Assembly: GCA_046598075.1 (NCBI GenBank)
Contig: JBKJJE010000186.1
Location: 3,402-67,401 of the forward strand
Origin: Stagnimonas sp.
Lineage (GTDB): Bacteria > Pseudomonadota > Gammaproteobacteria > Nevskiales > Nevskiaceae
DNA: 64,000 nucleotides
Reading direction: 5' to 3'
The stretch's first letter is position 1. Every line of letters starts with the position of its first letter. Below are positions 9,645 through 19,948 of the stretch, one piece after another. Position numbers and translations under genes: made by a program. Below the pieces are notes generated by a model. The model had not been told where the DNA came from. It saw only the letters and a list, made by a program, of their open reading frames with translations, and ran no database searches.

Positions 9645-10375
9645 CGCAGAAGAGAGCAGTGGTGACCGGTGGGCTGGGCGCGATTGGCAGTGCGATTGCG
9701 GATGCGCTGGTGGCGTCAGGGCATCAGGTGGTCGCGCTTGACCACCCCAGCGCGGAGCCACGCGCAAGCGAATGGCTCGCAGCGCGCCCCGGCTGCGCGG
9801 CTTTCGTCGCCGACCTTGCCGATACCGAGGCCAGTAGCAAGGTGATGCAGGCCATCGAAACGCAGATTGGCCCCGTCGATGTGCTGGTGAACGCGGCTGG
9901 CATCACTCGCGACGCGCGCTTCGTGAAGATGACCGCCGAGCAATGGCGGCAGGTGCTCGGCAGCAATCTCGACAGTGTCTTCAACGCCACCCAACCGCTG
10001 TTTGCGGGCATGTGCGCGCGCGGCTTCGGGCGCATCGTCAACATCGCTTCGGTCAACGGCCAGAAAGGCCAGTTCGGGCAGGCCAACTACTCGGCGGCGA
10101 AAGCCGGCATGCACGGCTTCACCATGGCGCTGGCGCAGGAGGGCGCAGCACAGGGGGTGACCGTCAACACCGTTTCGCCCGGCTACATCGCCACGCCGAT
10201 GACGGCAGCGATCAAGCCAGAGGCGCTCGCCAAGGTCAATGCGCAGATTCCGCTTGGCCGCATGGGCAGGCCGGACGAGATCGCAAGGGTGGTGGCCTTT
10301 CTTGCCGCCGAACAATCTGCCTATCTCACCGGGACCAACATCCCGGTGAATGGCGGCCTCTATATGGGCCACTGA
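9641..10375 (+). CDS. phbB: Acetoacetyl-CoA reductase (PhaB/PhbB-like SDR)
   Basis: VVTGGLGAIG, NAAGITRDARFVKM, and SVNGQKGQFGQANYSAAKAG (YxxxK) are characteristic of PhaB. Confidence 0.85.
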   Translation: MTQKRAVVTGGLGAIGSAIADALVASGHQVVALDHPSAEPRASEWLAARPGCAAFVADLADTEASSKVMQAIETQIGPVDVLVNAAGITRDARFVKMTAEQWRQVLGSNLDSVFNATQPLFAGMCARGFGRIVNIASVNGQKGQFGQANYSAAKAGMHGFTMALAQEGAAQGVTVNTVSPGYIATPMTAAIKPEALAKVNAQIPLGRMGRPDEIARVVAFLAAEQSAYLTGTNIPVNGGLYMGH

Positions 10376-10376
10376 G

Positions 10377-11588
10377 ATGTCCTCCCGCAACCCCGCCTAT
10401 CTGCTCGCCGTCGCCGCTGCCGCGCTCGGCTATTTCGTCGATCTCTACGACATCGTCATTTTCGGCGTCGTGCGCGTGGCCTCGCTCACCGACCTCGGAG
10501 TGACCGGCGAGGCCAACACCGCCTGGGGCATCCGGCTGTTCAACCTGCAGATGATCGGCATGTTGTTCGGCGGCTTTTTCTGGGGCTGGGTGGGGGATCG
10601 CCTGGGCCGTCGCCTGGCACTGATCGCCACCATCACCCTCTACTCGCTCGCCAACATCGCCAATGCCTTCGTCGGCACCGTCGAGCAGTACGCACTGATG
10701 CGCTTTCTGGCCGGGGTCGGGCTGGCCGGAGAGCTGGGCGCGGGAGTGACGCTGATCTCCGAACTGCTGCCGAAAAAGCTGCGCGGCTACGGCACCACTG
10801 CCATCTCGTTTCTGGGACTGCTGGGCGCGCTCACCGCTGCCCTCATTGGCGGCAAGCTCGACTGGCGCTGGGCCTACGGCCTGGGCGGCGGCATGGGCCT
10901 GATGGTGCTGGCGCTGCGCATCGTGGTGCTGAAGGAATCGACCTTGTTCGAGCAGCACCGGGGTGCCGCCGATCAGGGCGACTGGCGCCTGTTGTTCGGC
11001 CGCGCTCGCCCGGCGCTGCGCTTCGCACAGGTGGTCGCGGTGGGGGTGCCGCTGTGGTACGTGTCGGCGCTGTTCGTCAACTTCGCGCCCGAATACGGCA
11101 AGGCACTGGGCTTTGCAGCACCGCTGCGGGTCGCCGATGTGCTGCTCTGGCAGGCATCGGGACTCGCCATCGGCTCGGCATTCTCCGGTCTCCTCAGCGA
11201 GTGGCTGCAAAGCCGCAAGAAGGTGATCGGCAGCAGCCTGGTGGTGCTCGCCCTGCTGGTGCTGCTGCTGTTGCGCGCACCCGACCGCCAGACCTACATC
11301 GGCCTGATGCTGGCGATCGGCCTGGCGCAGGGCTACTGGACCGCCTTCATCACCATGAGCGCCGAGCAGTTCGGCACCAACCTGCGCGCCACCGTCGCCA
11401 CTTCAGTGCCCAACGTGGTGCGGGCGATGACCGTGCCGGTGACGCTGACGCTGCAAGCCCTGATGCCGGTCACCGGGCTGCTGCCGGCCACGCTCGGCAT
11501 CGGCATCCTCATCTTCGGCCTGGGCCTCGTCGCGCTCTGGCAGCTGCGCGAAACCTGGGGTCGCGATCTCGACTATCGGGAACGCTGA
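10377..11588 (+). CDS. MFS transporter (sugar/organic-acid type)
   Basis: About 12 hydrophobic segments, motif A GWVGDRLGRR, and AGVGLAGELGAG. Confidence 0.9.
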   Translation: MSSRNPAYLLAVAAAALGYFVDLYDIVIFGVVRVASLTDLGVTGEANTAWGIRLFNLQMIGMLFGGFFWGWVGDRLGRRLALIATITLYSLANIANAFVGTVEQYALMRFLAGVGLAGELGAGVTLISELLPKKLRGYGTTAISFLGLLGALTAALIGGKLDWRWAYGLGGGMGLMVLALRIVVLKESTLFEQHRGAADQGDWRLLFGRARPALRFAQVVAVGVPLWYVSALFVNFAPEYGKALGFAAPLRVADVLLWQASGLAIGSAFSGLLSEWLQSRKKVIGSSLVVLALLVLLLLRAPDRQTYIGLMLAIGLAQGYWTAFITMSAEQFGTNLRATVATSVPNVVRAMTVPVTLTLQALMPVTGLLPATLGIGILIFGLGLVALWQLRETWGRDLDYRER

Positions 11589-11661
11589 GCCGCGTGTGGT
11601 ACCGAACCGCGCCGAGCCGCGGGATAATGGCAGCCCCTCGCTTCCCACCCGGCCCGCCGCC

Positions 11662-12582
11662 ATGACTGACCAGAGCCCCGCCCCCGAATCCGTACTCAGC
11701 GCCGAGCAGGTGCTGGCCGATCTCATCACCGTGCTCGATCTCGAGACGCTGGAGTTGAATCTGTTCCGCGGGGTGTCGCGCGATCTCGGCGGCCGCAGCG
11801 TGTTCGGCGGCCAGGTGATCGGCCAGGCGCTGGTGGCGGCGAGCCGCACGGTGGAGGGCCGCACGCCGCATTCGCTGCACGCCTATTTCCTGCTGCCGGG
11901 CGATATGGCCGCACCCATCGTCTATGAGGTGGACCGCATCCGCGACGGCGGCAGTTTCAGCGCGCGACGGGTGCAGGCGATCCAGCACGGGCGGCCGATC
12001 CTGTCGATGATTGCCTCCTTCCACGTGCCGGAGGGCGGGCTGGAACATCAGGTCACCATGCCCGAGGTGCCGCCGCCGGAATCGCTCAAGCCCACGACCG
12101 AACTGATTGCGGCGTGGCTGGAAAAGGCCGGCACCGTGCACCCCCGTATCCGGGCCTCGCTGATCCGCCATCCGGCGGTGGAGTTTCGACCTGTTTATCC
12201 CTGGAACCCGGTCGCCCCCGAGGTGACGCAGCCGCGTCAGGCCATCTGGTTCCGCATCGGCCAGTCGCTGCCGGACGACCCGATGCTGCACCGCTGCCTG
12301 CTCGCCTATGCCAGCGACTTCAACCTCATCGGCACGGCGCTGCGCCCGCACGGCAAGAGCTGGTATTCGCCCGACATGCAGGTGGCAAGCCTGGATCACG
12401 CGCTGTGGTTTCACCGCGACGCACGCGTCGACGACTGGCTGCTGTACTGCATGGACTCGCCCAGCGCACAGGGCTCGCGCGGCATGGCGCGCGGGATGAT
12501 CTACGACCGCGGCGGGCGCCTGATCGCCAGCGTCGCGCAAGAAGGCCTGATGCGCAATGCGGTGCCGAAGTCGAAGGCCTAG
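11662..12582 (+). CDS. tesB: Acyl-CoA thioesterase II
   Basis: VFGGQVIGQAL, HSLHAYFL, IRDGGSFSARRVQAIQHG, LAYASDFNL, ASLDHALWFH. Confidence 0.95.
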   Translation: MTDQSPAPESVLSAEQVLADLITVLDLETLELNLFRGVSRDLGGRSVFGGQVIGQALVAASRTVEGRTPHSLHAYFLLPGDMAAPIVYEVDRIRDGGSFSARRVQAIQHGRPILSMIASFHVPEGGLEHQVTMPEVPPPESLKPTTELIAAWLEKAGTVHPRIRASLIRHPAVEFRPVYPWNPVAPEVTQPRQAIWFRIGQSLPDDPMLHRCLLAYASDFNLIGTALRPHGKSWYSPDMQVASLDHALWFHRDARVDDWLLYCMDSPSAQGSRGMARGMIYDRGGRLIASVAQEGLMRNAVPKSKA

Positions 12583-12594
12583 AGCCTAGGCCTT
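12574..12594. terminator. 9-bp perfect hairpin formed by the convergent stops of tesB and uvrA
   Basis: AAGGCCTAG-AGC-CTAGGCCTT. There is no U-tract, so a terminator function is uncertain. Confidence 0.3.
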
Positions 12595-15525
12595 GAGCAT
12601 CGCTTTCAGGAACTGCCCGGTGTAGGAACCTTTCGCCTTTGCCACCTGTTCCGGGGTGCCGGCAGCAACGATCCTGCCGCCGCCGCTGCCGCCTTCCGGC
12701 CCCATGTCAATGATCCAGTCAGCGCGCTTGATGACGTCGAGATTGTGCTCGATCACCACCACGGTGTTGCCGTGGTCGCGCAGTCGCTCGATCACCTTCA
12801 GCAGCTGGGCGACGTCGTGGAAGTGCAAGCCGGTGGTGGGTTCGTCGAGGATGTAGAGCGTCTGCCCGGTGTCGCGGCGTGACAGCTCCTTGGCCAGCTT
12901 GATGCGCTGCGCCTCGCCGCCGGACAGCGTCGTCGCGTTCTGGCCGAGCGTGATGTAGGAGAGGCCGACGTCGAGCAGGGTCTTGAGCTTGTTGGCGAGC
13001 GCGGGCACCGGCTTGAAGAACTCGTGGGCCACTTCCACGGTCATCCCCAGCACTTCGTTGATGCTCTTGCCCTTGTATTTGATCTCCAGCGTCTCGCGGT
13101 TGTAGCGCCGGCCCTTGCAGGTGTCGCAGGTGACGTAGACATCGGGAAGAAAGTGCATCTCCACCTTGATCAGGCCGTCGCCCTCGCAGGTCTCGCAGCG
13201 CCCACCCTTGACGTTGAAGCTGAAGCGCCCTGCCTCGTAGCCGCGGGCACGCGACTCCGGCACCTCGCAGAACAGCTCGCGGATCGGGGTGAACAGGCCG
13301 GTGTAGGTGGCCGGATTGCTGCGCGGAGTCCGACCGATTGGCGACTGGTCGATGTCCACCAGTTTGTCCAGATGTTCCATGCCCCTGATGGCCTTGGCTG
13401 CCGACCAGCGCGAGGCGGCACCATTGAGATGGCGCGCGGCGTAGTTCATCAGGGTGTCGTTGATCAGCGTCGACTTGCCGCTGCCGCTGACGCCGGTGAC
13501 GCAGGTGAACAGCCCGCAGGGGATTTCCACCGTGACGTCGCGCAGGTTGTTGCCGGTGGCGTTCTCGACCACGATCATCCTCTTGGGATCGACCGGGTGG
13601 CGGGTGGTGGGGATGGCGATTTTCTCGACGCCGCTCAGGTAGCGCCCGGTCAGCGAATCGGGATTGGCCTGCACCTGCTGCGGCGTGCCTTCGGCAACGA
13701 TGCGGCCGCCGTGCACGCCGGCGCCGGGGCCGATGTCCACCACGTAGTCCGCGCTCATGATCGCGTCCTCGTCGTGCTCGACCACGATCACGGTGTTGCC
13801 GAGATCGCGCAGATGCACCAGGGTTTTCAACAGCCGCTCGTTGTCGCGCTGGTGCAGGCCGATGGAGGGCTCGTCGAGCACGTACATCACGCCGACCAGG
13901 CCGGCACCGATCTGACTGGCCAGGCGAATGCGCTGCGACTCGCCGCCGCTCAGGGTTTCGGCGCTGCGCGCCAGGGTCAGGTAATCGAGACCGACGTTGT
14001 TGAGAAAACCCAGCCGCGCGACGATCTCCTTCAGTATCTTCTCGGCGATCTCGCCCTTGTGGCCGGGCAGCCGCATCTGCGTGAACCAGGCTTCGGCATC
14101 GCGGATCGACAGCGCGGTGAGCTCGTGCAGCGGCTTATCGGCGACGAACACATTGCGCGCGGTGCGGTTGAGGCGGGCGCCGCCGCAGTCCGGGCAGGCC
14201 TTGTTGCTCAGGTAGCGTGCCAGCTCTTCTTTCACCGCCAGCGATTCGGTCTCTTTGTAGCGACGCTGCAGGTTGGGGATGATGCCCTCGAAGCGGTGCA
14301 GGCGGGTCACCGTCTTGCCGTGTACGTCGGGATAGCTGAATTGCAGTTTTTCTTCGCCGCTGCCGTGCAGTACCAGCGCCTGCACCTTGGCAGTCAGCTT
14401 GTTGAAAGGCTTGTCGGTATCGAAACCATAGTGCCTGGCGAGGCTCTTGATCAGCGCCCAGTAATAGGCGTTCTTCCGGTCCCAGCCCTTGACTGCGCCA
14501 TCGGACAGCGACAGGTCGGCGGCGACCACCACCCGGTCCGGGTCGAACACCTGCAGCGTGCCCAGGCCATCGCAGGTCTGGCAGGCGCCGTGCGGTGCGT
14601 TGAAGCTGAAGATGCGCGGTTCGAGTTCCGGCACCGAGTAGCCGCAGTGCGGGCAGGCCATGCGGTTGCTGAAGGTGATCTCTGCTCTTTGAACCCCATC
14701 GCCTTCGCCATCCGTGGCGCGACCGCCGCTCTGTTGATCTAGCTCTGCCCGGCCATCCTTGGCCGGGCGTTCGGGGCCACCGCGAGCAGTGCTCGCAAGC
14801 CGTGGCCCCTCACCATGCGGTGCGACCAGCACCAGACCGTCGCTTAAGCGCAGCGCCGTCTCGAACGACTCGGTAATGCGCTGCTTCACATCCACGCGCA
14901 CCTTGAAGCGATCCACCACCACTTCGATGTCGTGCTTGAGCTTGCGGTTGAGTGCGGGCACCGCGTCGATCTCGTGCACATGGCCGTTGACCCGCACCCG
15001 CACAAAGCCCTGCGCGCGCAGCTGTTCGAACCATTCCGCATGCTCACCCTTGCGGCCGCGTACCACCGGGGCCAGGATCATCCAGGCCGATTCGGCAGGC
15101 AACGCCAGCACGTGATCAACCATCTGCGAGACGCTTTGCGCTTCCAGCGTCACTGCGTGATCAGGGCAGCGCGGCGTGCCAACGCGGGCGAACAGCAGGC
15201 GCAGGTAGTCCTGGATTTCGGTCACCGTGCCCACCGTCGAGCGCGGATTGTGGCTGGTCGATTTCTGCTCGATGGAGATCGCTGGCGACAGGCCCTCGAT
15301 GGAGTCCACATCGGGCTTGTCCATCATGCTCAGGAACTGCCGCGCGTAGGCGCTTAAGCTTTCCACGTAGCGCCGCTGGCCTTCCGCGTACAGGGTGTCG
15401 AACGCCAGCGAGGACTTGCCCGAGCCGGACAGCCCGGTGATGACGATCAGCTTGTCGCGCGGCAGCGTCAGCGAGACATTCTTGAGATTGTGGGTGCGCG
15501 CACCGCGGATGCGTATTGCGTCCAT
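12586..15525 (-). CDS. uvrA: Excinuclease ABC subunit A
   Basis: [41 protein letters not shown], second Walker [11 protein letters not shown], two LSGGE signatures and zinc-finger Cys motifs. Alternative start at 15531. Confidence 0.98.
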   Translation of the reverse strand: MDAIRIRGARTHNLKNVSLTLPRDKLIVITGLSGSGKSSLAFDTLYAEGQRRYVESLSAYARQFLSMMDKPDVDSIEGLSPAISIEQKSTSHNPRSTVGTVTEIQDYLRLLFARVGTPRCPDHAVTLEAQSVSQMVDHVLALPAESAWMILAPVVRGRKGEHAEWFEQLRAQGFVRVRVNGHVHEIDAVPALNRKLKHDIEVVVDRFKVRVDVKQRITESFETALRLSDGLVLVAPHGEGPRLASTARGGPERPAKDGRAELDQQSGGRATDGEGDGVQRAEITFSNRMACPHCGYSVPELEPRIFSFNAPHGACQTCDGLGTLQVFDPDRVVVAADLSLSDGAVKGWDRKNAYYWALIKSLARHYGFDTDKPFNKLTAKVQALVLHGSGEEKLQFSYPDVHGKTVTRLHRFEGIIPNLQRRYKETESLAVKEELARYLSNKACPDCGGARLNRTARNVFVADKPLHELTALSIRDAEAWFTQMRLPGHKGEIAEKILKEIVARLGFLNNVGLDYLTLARSAETLSGGESQRIRLASQIGAGLVGVMYVLDEPSIGLHQRDNERLLKTLVHLRDLGNTVIVVEHDEDAIMSADYVVDIGPGAGVHGGRIVAEGTPQQVQANPDSLTGRYLSGVEKIAIPTTRHPVDPKRMIVVENATGNNLRDVTVEIPCGLFTCVTGVSGSGKSTLINDTLMNYAARHLNGAASRWSAAKAIRGMEHLDKLVDIDQSPIGRTPRSNPATYTGLFTPIRELFCEVPESRARGYEAGRFSFNVKGGRCETCEGDGLIKVEMHFLPDVYVTCDTCKGRRYNRETLEIKYKGKSINEVLGMTVEVAHEFFKPVPALANKLKTLLDVGLSYITLGQNATTLSGGEAQRIKLAKELSRRDTGQTLYILDEPTTGLHFHDVAQLLKVIERLRDHGNTVVVIEHNLDVIKRADWIIDMGPEGGSGGGRIVAAGTPEQVAKAKGSYTGQFLKAMLKA
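14683..14820. repeat. Palindromic REP/MITE-like segment inserted in frame within uvrA
   Basis: Hairpins CCCGGCCA-TCCT-TGGCCGGG (14748-14767), GGGGCCAC...GCGAGCA-G-TGCTCGC...GTGGCCCC (14773-14809) and CGCCA-TCCG-TGGCG (14706-14719). It encodes a 46-aa loop where UvrA normally has about 8 aa. Confidence 0.65.
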
Positions 15526-15658
15526 GGACATGGGCGTCAGTACCTGGGCAAAGCCTGAAAAAGGGATCGGCTACTATACGTTGCCTTCGTCGCCTGATTG
15601 CGCCCCGCGCTCCAGCTTCTCCCAATTCATGCGCGCCGATCCCGACGAACCGACCCCG

Positions 15659-16807
15659 ATGAAGATCGTTTTTCCCTACATCGCGCAACCGCACCAGATT
15701 CCCCACAGTTTCCCGCTGGCCGCAGCACTGGCCGCACGGGCGGACATGGAGGTGCACATCGCCTGCACCACCGATGCGCAGGAATCACTGGTACGGCAGC
15801 TGGCGGCGCTCTACCCCGGGGCCCGGCTGCTGATCGACCGGCTCAGGATCAATCTGCTGGCAAGAGTTCTGAAAGTCCTCCTGCGGGCGGGTGTGCCGCC
15901 AAAGAAGCTGGTGCTGGCGAGCAATCGCGGTTACTTCAGGCAGTTTGCAGCGGCGGTGGTGCCAGAGCGCACCTCCCTGCTGCTGCGCAAGCTGGGCCTC
16001 GGCTCGCTGAAGCTGATCTACACCCAGCATGGCCCGCCGGGGCGCGCGATCACCTATGCGCCCGATATCGCCGCATTCGATTTCGTGCTGGTACCCGGCG
16101 AGACCCAGCGGCAGCGGTTTCTCGCCGAGGGGCTGATCCGCCCCGGCCGCTATCACAGCGGCTGCTATGCCAAGTTCGATCTGGTCGCCCGGCTCGACAG
16201 CCGGCCGCCGAAGCTGTTCACCGAGCAGCGGCCGACCGTGCTCTACAACCCGCACTTTCTGGCTGCGCTGTCGTCCTGGCCCCGCCTCGGCTTGCAGGTG
16301 CTGGATTTCTTTGCCGCAAGTCGCGACTACAACCTCGTCTTCGCGCCGCACATCCGGCTGTTCGACCACCGCAAGACCGCACTGCACCGGCAGCTCGACC
16401 GCTACCGGCATCTGCCCAACATCCGGATCGATACCGGCAGCGCCCGCAGCATCGACATGAGCTACACCCAGGCTGCCGATATTTACCTGGGCGATGTCAG
16501 CAGCCAGGTCTCGGAGTTTCTGCTGCGGCCAAGGCCCTGCATCTTCCTCAACGCCCATCAGGTCGCTTGGCGCGACTCGCCGGACTATCTGTTCTGGCAC
16601 ATGGGGCCGGTGCTGGAAGACATCAGCCAGCTGCCCGGCGCCCTGGCCCGGGCGCAGGCCGAGCATGGCCATTGGCTGGCGGCACAGCGCGCCTATTTCA
16701 GCGACTGCTTCAGCACCCGCTTCGACGCCGAAGGGCGCGCAGCGATCGGCGACAGCACGCCCGCCGGTGCGGCGGCCATCGCCGACTTCCTGCAGCGCGC
16801 CGCATGA
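15659..16807 (+). CDS. CDP-glycerol glycerophosphotransferase-like / GT-B fold protein (putative)
   Basis: [58 protein letters not shown] resemble this family. Confidence 0.55.
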   Translation: MKIVFPYIAQPHQIPHSFPLAAALAARADMEVHIACTTDAQESLVRQLAALYPGARLLIDRLRINLLARVLKVLLRAGVPPKKLVLASNRGYFRQFAAAVVPERTSLLLRKLGLGSLKLIYTQHGPPGRAITYAPDIAAFDFVLVPGETQRQRFLAEGLIRPGRYHSGCYAKFDLVARLDSRPPKLFTEQRPTVLYNPHFLAALSSWPRLGLQVLDFFAASRDYNLVFAPHIRLFDHRKTALHRQLDRYRHLPNIRIDTGSARSIDMSYTQAADIYLGDVSSQVSEFLLRPRPCIFLNAHQVAWRDSPDYLFWHMGPVLEDISQLPGALARAQAEHGHWLAAQRAYFSDCFSTRFDAEGRAAIGDSTPAGAAAIADFLQRAA

Positions 16808-17982
16808 ACGCACTCGAAATTCGCGCCACCGTCGGTTTGGCGCTGATCTACGCGCTGCGGATGATCGGTATGTTCATGATCCTGCCGGTGTTCGCGCTCT
16901 ACGCCCACGGCCTGCCAGTGCCCGCTACCGACTTCCAGATCGGCCTTGCCATCGGCATCTACGGCCTGGTACAGGCCACCCTGCAAGTGCCGCTGGGCAT
17001 GGCGTCGGATCGTTTCGGCCGCAAGCCGATCATCGTCATCGGCATGCTCCTGTTCGCGCTCGGCAGCTTCGTCGCCGGCGCCAGCGACGACCTGTTCTGG
17101 ATCACTTTCGGCCGCGCCGTGCAGGGCCTGGGTGCGGTGTCCTCGGCAGTCTCGGCCCTGCTCGCCGACCTGACCCGGGACAGCGTGCGCACCACTGCGA
17201 TGGCGATTCTCGGCGCCGGCATGGGGCTGGCCTTCATCGCCGCACTGGTGGCCGGCCCGGTGGTGGCCGGCGTGATCGGCGTGCATGGCATCTTCAATGT
17301 CACCGGCCTGCTGGCGCTCGCCGCCATCCCCGCCGTGCTCTGGGTGGTGCCGCCCGCGCCCCGGCCGCAGGCCAGCAACGCCGGCGTGCTGACGGTGCTG
17401 CGCGATGCGCAGTTGCTGCGCCTGGATGGCGGCATCCTGCTGCTGCATGCGCTGCTGACTGGCCTGTTCGTCGCGGCCCCGTTCGCCATCGCCGATACCC
17501 TGCAACTGCCGAGTGCACAGCACTGGAAGCTGTATCTGCCGGTGCTGATGGTGTCGATCCTGCCGGTATTCCCGCTGGTCAGGCGGGCCGAGCAGCGCGA
17601 CGGTATCCGCGGCCTGTTCCTGACCATGATCGTGACGCTGGCGCTCAGCATGCTGCTGCTGGCGGAGCTGCACGGCCAGCCGTTCGGCCTGGTGGTAGCC
17701 ATCGGCCTGTTCTTCATCGCCTTCAACTGCCTCGAAGGCCTGCTGCCGTCGATGATCTCGCGCCGCGCGCCGCCCGACCGCCGTGGCGCCGCGCTGGGGG
17801 TGTATTCCAGTGCGCAATTTCTCGGCCCCATGCTCGGCGGCAGCCTGATCGGCGCGACCAAGGGGCACTACGGCCTGAGCGCGGCGTTCGCGGTTGCCGC
17901 CCTGCTGCCGCTCATTTGGCTAACATTCGCCATCCGCTTCGTCCCGCCTGCACCCGCGCGGACTTCACTCAACCATCCATAA
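16804..17982 (+). CDS. MFS transporter, YajR-like
   Basis: [27 protein letters not shown]. It occupies the usual position between uvrA and ssb. Confidence 0.88.
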   Translation: MNALEIRATVGLALIYALRMIGMFMILPVFALYAHGLPVPATDFQIGLAIGIYGLVQATLQVPLGMASDRFGRKPIIVIGMLLFALGSFVAGASDDLFWITFGRAVQGLGAVSSAVSALLADLTRDSVRTTAMAILGAGMGLAFIAALVAGPVVAGVIGVHGIFNVTGLLALAAIPAVLWVVPPAPRPQASNAGVLTVLRDAQLLRLDGGILLLHALLTGLFVAAPFAIADTLQLPSAQHWKLYLPVLMVSILPVFPLVRRAEQRDGIRGLFLTMIVTLALSMLLLAELHGQPFGLVVAIGLFFIAFNCLEGLLPSMISRRAPPDRRGAALGVYSSAQFLGPMLGGSLIGATKGHYGLSAAFAVAALLPLIWLTFAIRFVPPAPARTSLNHP

Positions 17983-17992
17983 GGGGATTCTC

Positions 17993-18502
17993 ATGGCTCG
18001 TGGCGTCAACAAGGTCATTCTCATCGGCAACCTCGGCAAAGACCCCGAGGTCAAGTTCTTTCCCAATGGCGACGCCTTCTGCAACTGCACGCTCGCCACC
18101 AGCGAAAGCTGGACCGACAAGCAGTCCAACGAAAAGAAAGAGCGCACCGAGTGGCACAACGTGGTGTTCACCAAGAAGCTCGCCGAGATCGTCGGCCAGT
18201 ATCTGAAGAAGGGCAGCAAGGTCTACGTCGAAGGCAGCCTGCGCACCCGCAAGTGGGAGAAAGACGGCCAGGACCGCTACACCACCGAGATCGTCGTGCA
18301 GGACATGCAGATGCTCGACGGCCGCGGCGGCGATGGCGGCAGCGCCGCTGGTGACGGCGGTGGCTACAGCCGCAGTTCCAGCTACAGCGAGCGCAGCAGT
18401 GGCGGCACAAGCCGTGCGCAAGCAGCGCCCGCCCGCAGCCAGCAGCCGGCGCCTGCACCGATGGACGACAGCGGCTTCAGCGACGACGACATTCCGTTTT
18501 AG
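17993..18502 (+). CDS. ssb: Single-stranded DNA-binding protein
   Basis: [25 protein letters not shown], Gly/Ser-rich linker, and C-terminal DDDIPF. Confidence 0.98.
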   Translation: MARGVNKVILIGNLGKDPEVKFFPNGDAFCNCTLATSESWTDKQSNEKKERTEWHNVVFTKKLAEIVGQYLKKGSKVYVEGSLRTRKWEKDGQDRYTTEIVVQDMQMLDGRGGDGGSAAGDGGGYSRSSSYSERSSGGTSRAQAAPARSQQPAPAPMDDSGFSDDDIPF

Positions 18503-18535
18503 AATTCACCACCGCTCAACTTTGTTGCAACTTTA

Positions 18536-18566
18536 GCGAAAGCCCCCGTTTACCGGGGGCTTTCGC
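18536..18566 (+). terminator. Intrinsic-terminator-like hairpin after ssb
   Basis: 13-bp perfect stem GCGAAAGCCCCCG-TTTAC-CGGGGGCTTTCGC. Confidence 0.75.
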
Positions 18567-18633
18567 CGTTCTGGGGTGCGTCTTTCTTCCCTAAGCTTTT
18601 CCTCGTTCTATTCACCTCACGAACGTGTGAAAT

Positions 18634-19908
18634 ATGAAAGCTTCAGACGCACAAGAAATCCCGCAACTTAAGGTCGGCGTCTTAGTGACGACGCAAGGAG
18701 AGCGACGCCCACTCCTGGTTACTTCGTCGGGAATACCGGACTGGTGGACAACCCTTTACGTCACGGTGCGTGTTCGGAACGTCAGCCGCGCGCCTAACAC
18801 CCAGCGAAACGCGTTGGACGCACTCCAGCTACTAATGCAATGGGGCTCAATAAACCTGAAAGAACAATCACTTGTAGAAAAAATGGCAGTCGGTGGACTT
18901 GCTGAGCATGAGGTCGAATCTCTTCGGGTATTTCTATTAGAAAGACGATCAAAAAAGAAAAATAAAAGATTAGAGAGGATAAAGCATTCAAAAAACTCAT
19001 CACTGCCTGAGAAATCGGAGGTTGCAATAGTGTCACAAGAGACTCTTTACAACCGCCTCACCACAGTCGCGAATTTTCTGCATTTTCTTTACTTTAATAC
19101 CACGAAAGCAAGCAAAAGTGAAAGTGACTTGGAAATAAGCGACTCCATTAAAAGGATGCTGAATCAGATTTTGAATCTCAGGCCTCAGCTCGGAGCGACT
19201 TCTCTAGTATCTGGTCGAATGGGAATGGATAACGAAGAGGTTGTAGCCATCCTCGATATTGTGAGCGACGCAAACCCCAGCAACCCATTTGAAGTGAGTG
19301 TAAGGCGACGCAACAAAATAATCGTCGAGCTTCTTTTAAAAACAGGAATTCGCGCCGGAGAGCTACTCAACTTAAAAGTTTCTGATTTTAGTTTTAGAGA
19401 AAATACGATAACCATTGCCCGCCGACATAACGAACTTGAAGACCCTAGAAAAAAGCAACCAGTAGTAAAAACACTTGATCGGGTTTTACCGATCCACGAC
19501 GAGTTGATGACTGAGATATTCGACTACCTCAATATCGATCGCGCGAGCACCGGAAACGCGCATAAGCACTCTTATCTATTCGTCGTTCATAAAACTGGCC
19601 CTCATCATGGGATGCCGCTCAACTACACCGGCCTATACAAAATATTTCAGAAAATTCTAAGAAATACTGAGCTATCAAACTCTTTGTCGCCGCATGTATT
19701 TCGACATACCAAAAATGATCTCCTCTCTCAGGAGTTTGATCAGAAAGGCACATCTACAGCCCAAGAAGAGAAGTTGAGGTCCTATCTAATGGGTTGGTCT
19801 GAAGGTTCCGGGACAGCAGTTAGGTATACGAAAAGGCACACCCAAAAAGAAGCGAACAAAGCTTCGTTAAGCATGCAATCAAATCTTCGGGCACGTCTTA
19901 AATCCTGA
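18634..19908 (+). CDS. Tyrosine recombinase/integrase 1
   Basis: Catalytic set TGIRAGELLNL (R), HVFRH (HxxR), LMGW, VRYT (Y). Confidence 0.9.
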   Translation: MKASDAQEIPQLKVGVLVTTQGERRPLLVTSSGIPDWWTTLYVTVRVRNVSRAPNTQRNALDALQLLMQWGSINLKEQSLVEKMAVGGLAEHEVESLRVFLLERRSKKKNKRLERIKHSKNSSLPEKSEVAIVSQETLYNRLTTVANFLHFLYFNTTKASKSESDLEISDSIKRMLNQILNLRPQLGATSLVSGRMGMDNEEVVAILDIVSDANPSNPFEVSVRRRNKIIVELLLKTGIRAGELLNLKVSDFSFRENTITIARRHNELEDPRKKQPVVKTLDRVLPIHDELMTEIFDYLNIDRASTGNAHKHSYLFVVHKTGPHHGMPLNYTGLYKIFQKILRNTELSNSLSPHVFRHTKNDLLSQEFDQKGTSTAQEEKLRSYLMGWSEGSGTAVRYTKRHTQKEANKASLSMQSNLRARLKS

Positions 19909-19948
19909 ATAATTATCACTTATACGAAACACTTCATTAGGCCTACCT

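Noticed and set aside
15526-15658. LexA/SOS box in the uvrA divergent promoter
   Set aside because: No CTGT-N8-ACAG or other clear LexA-type palindrome is visible.
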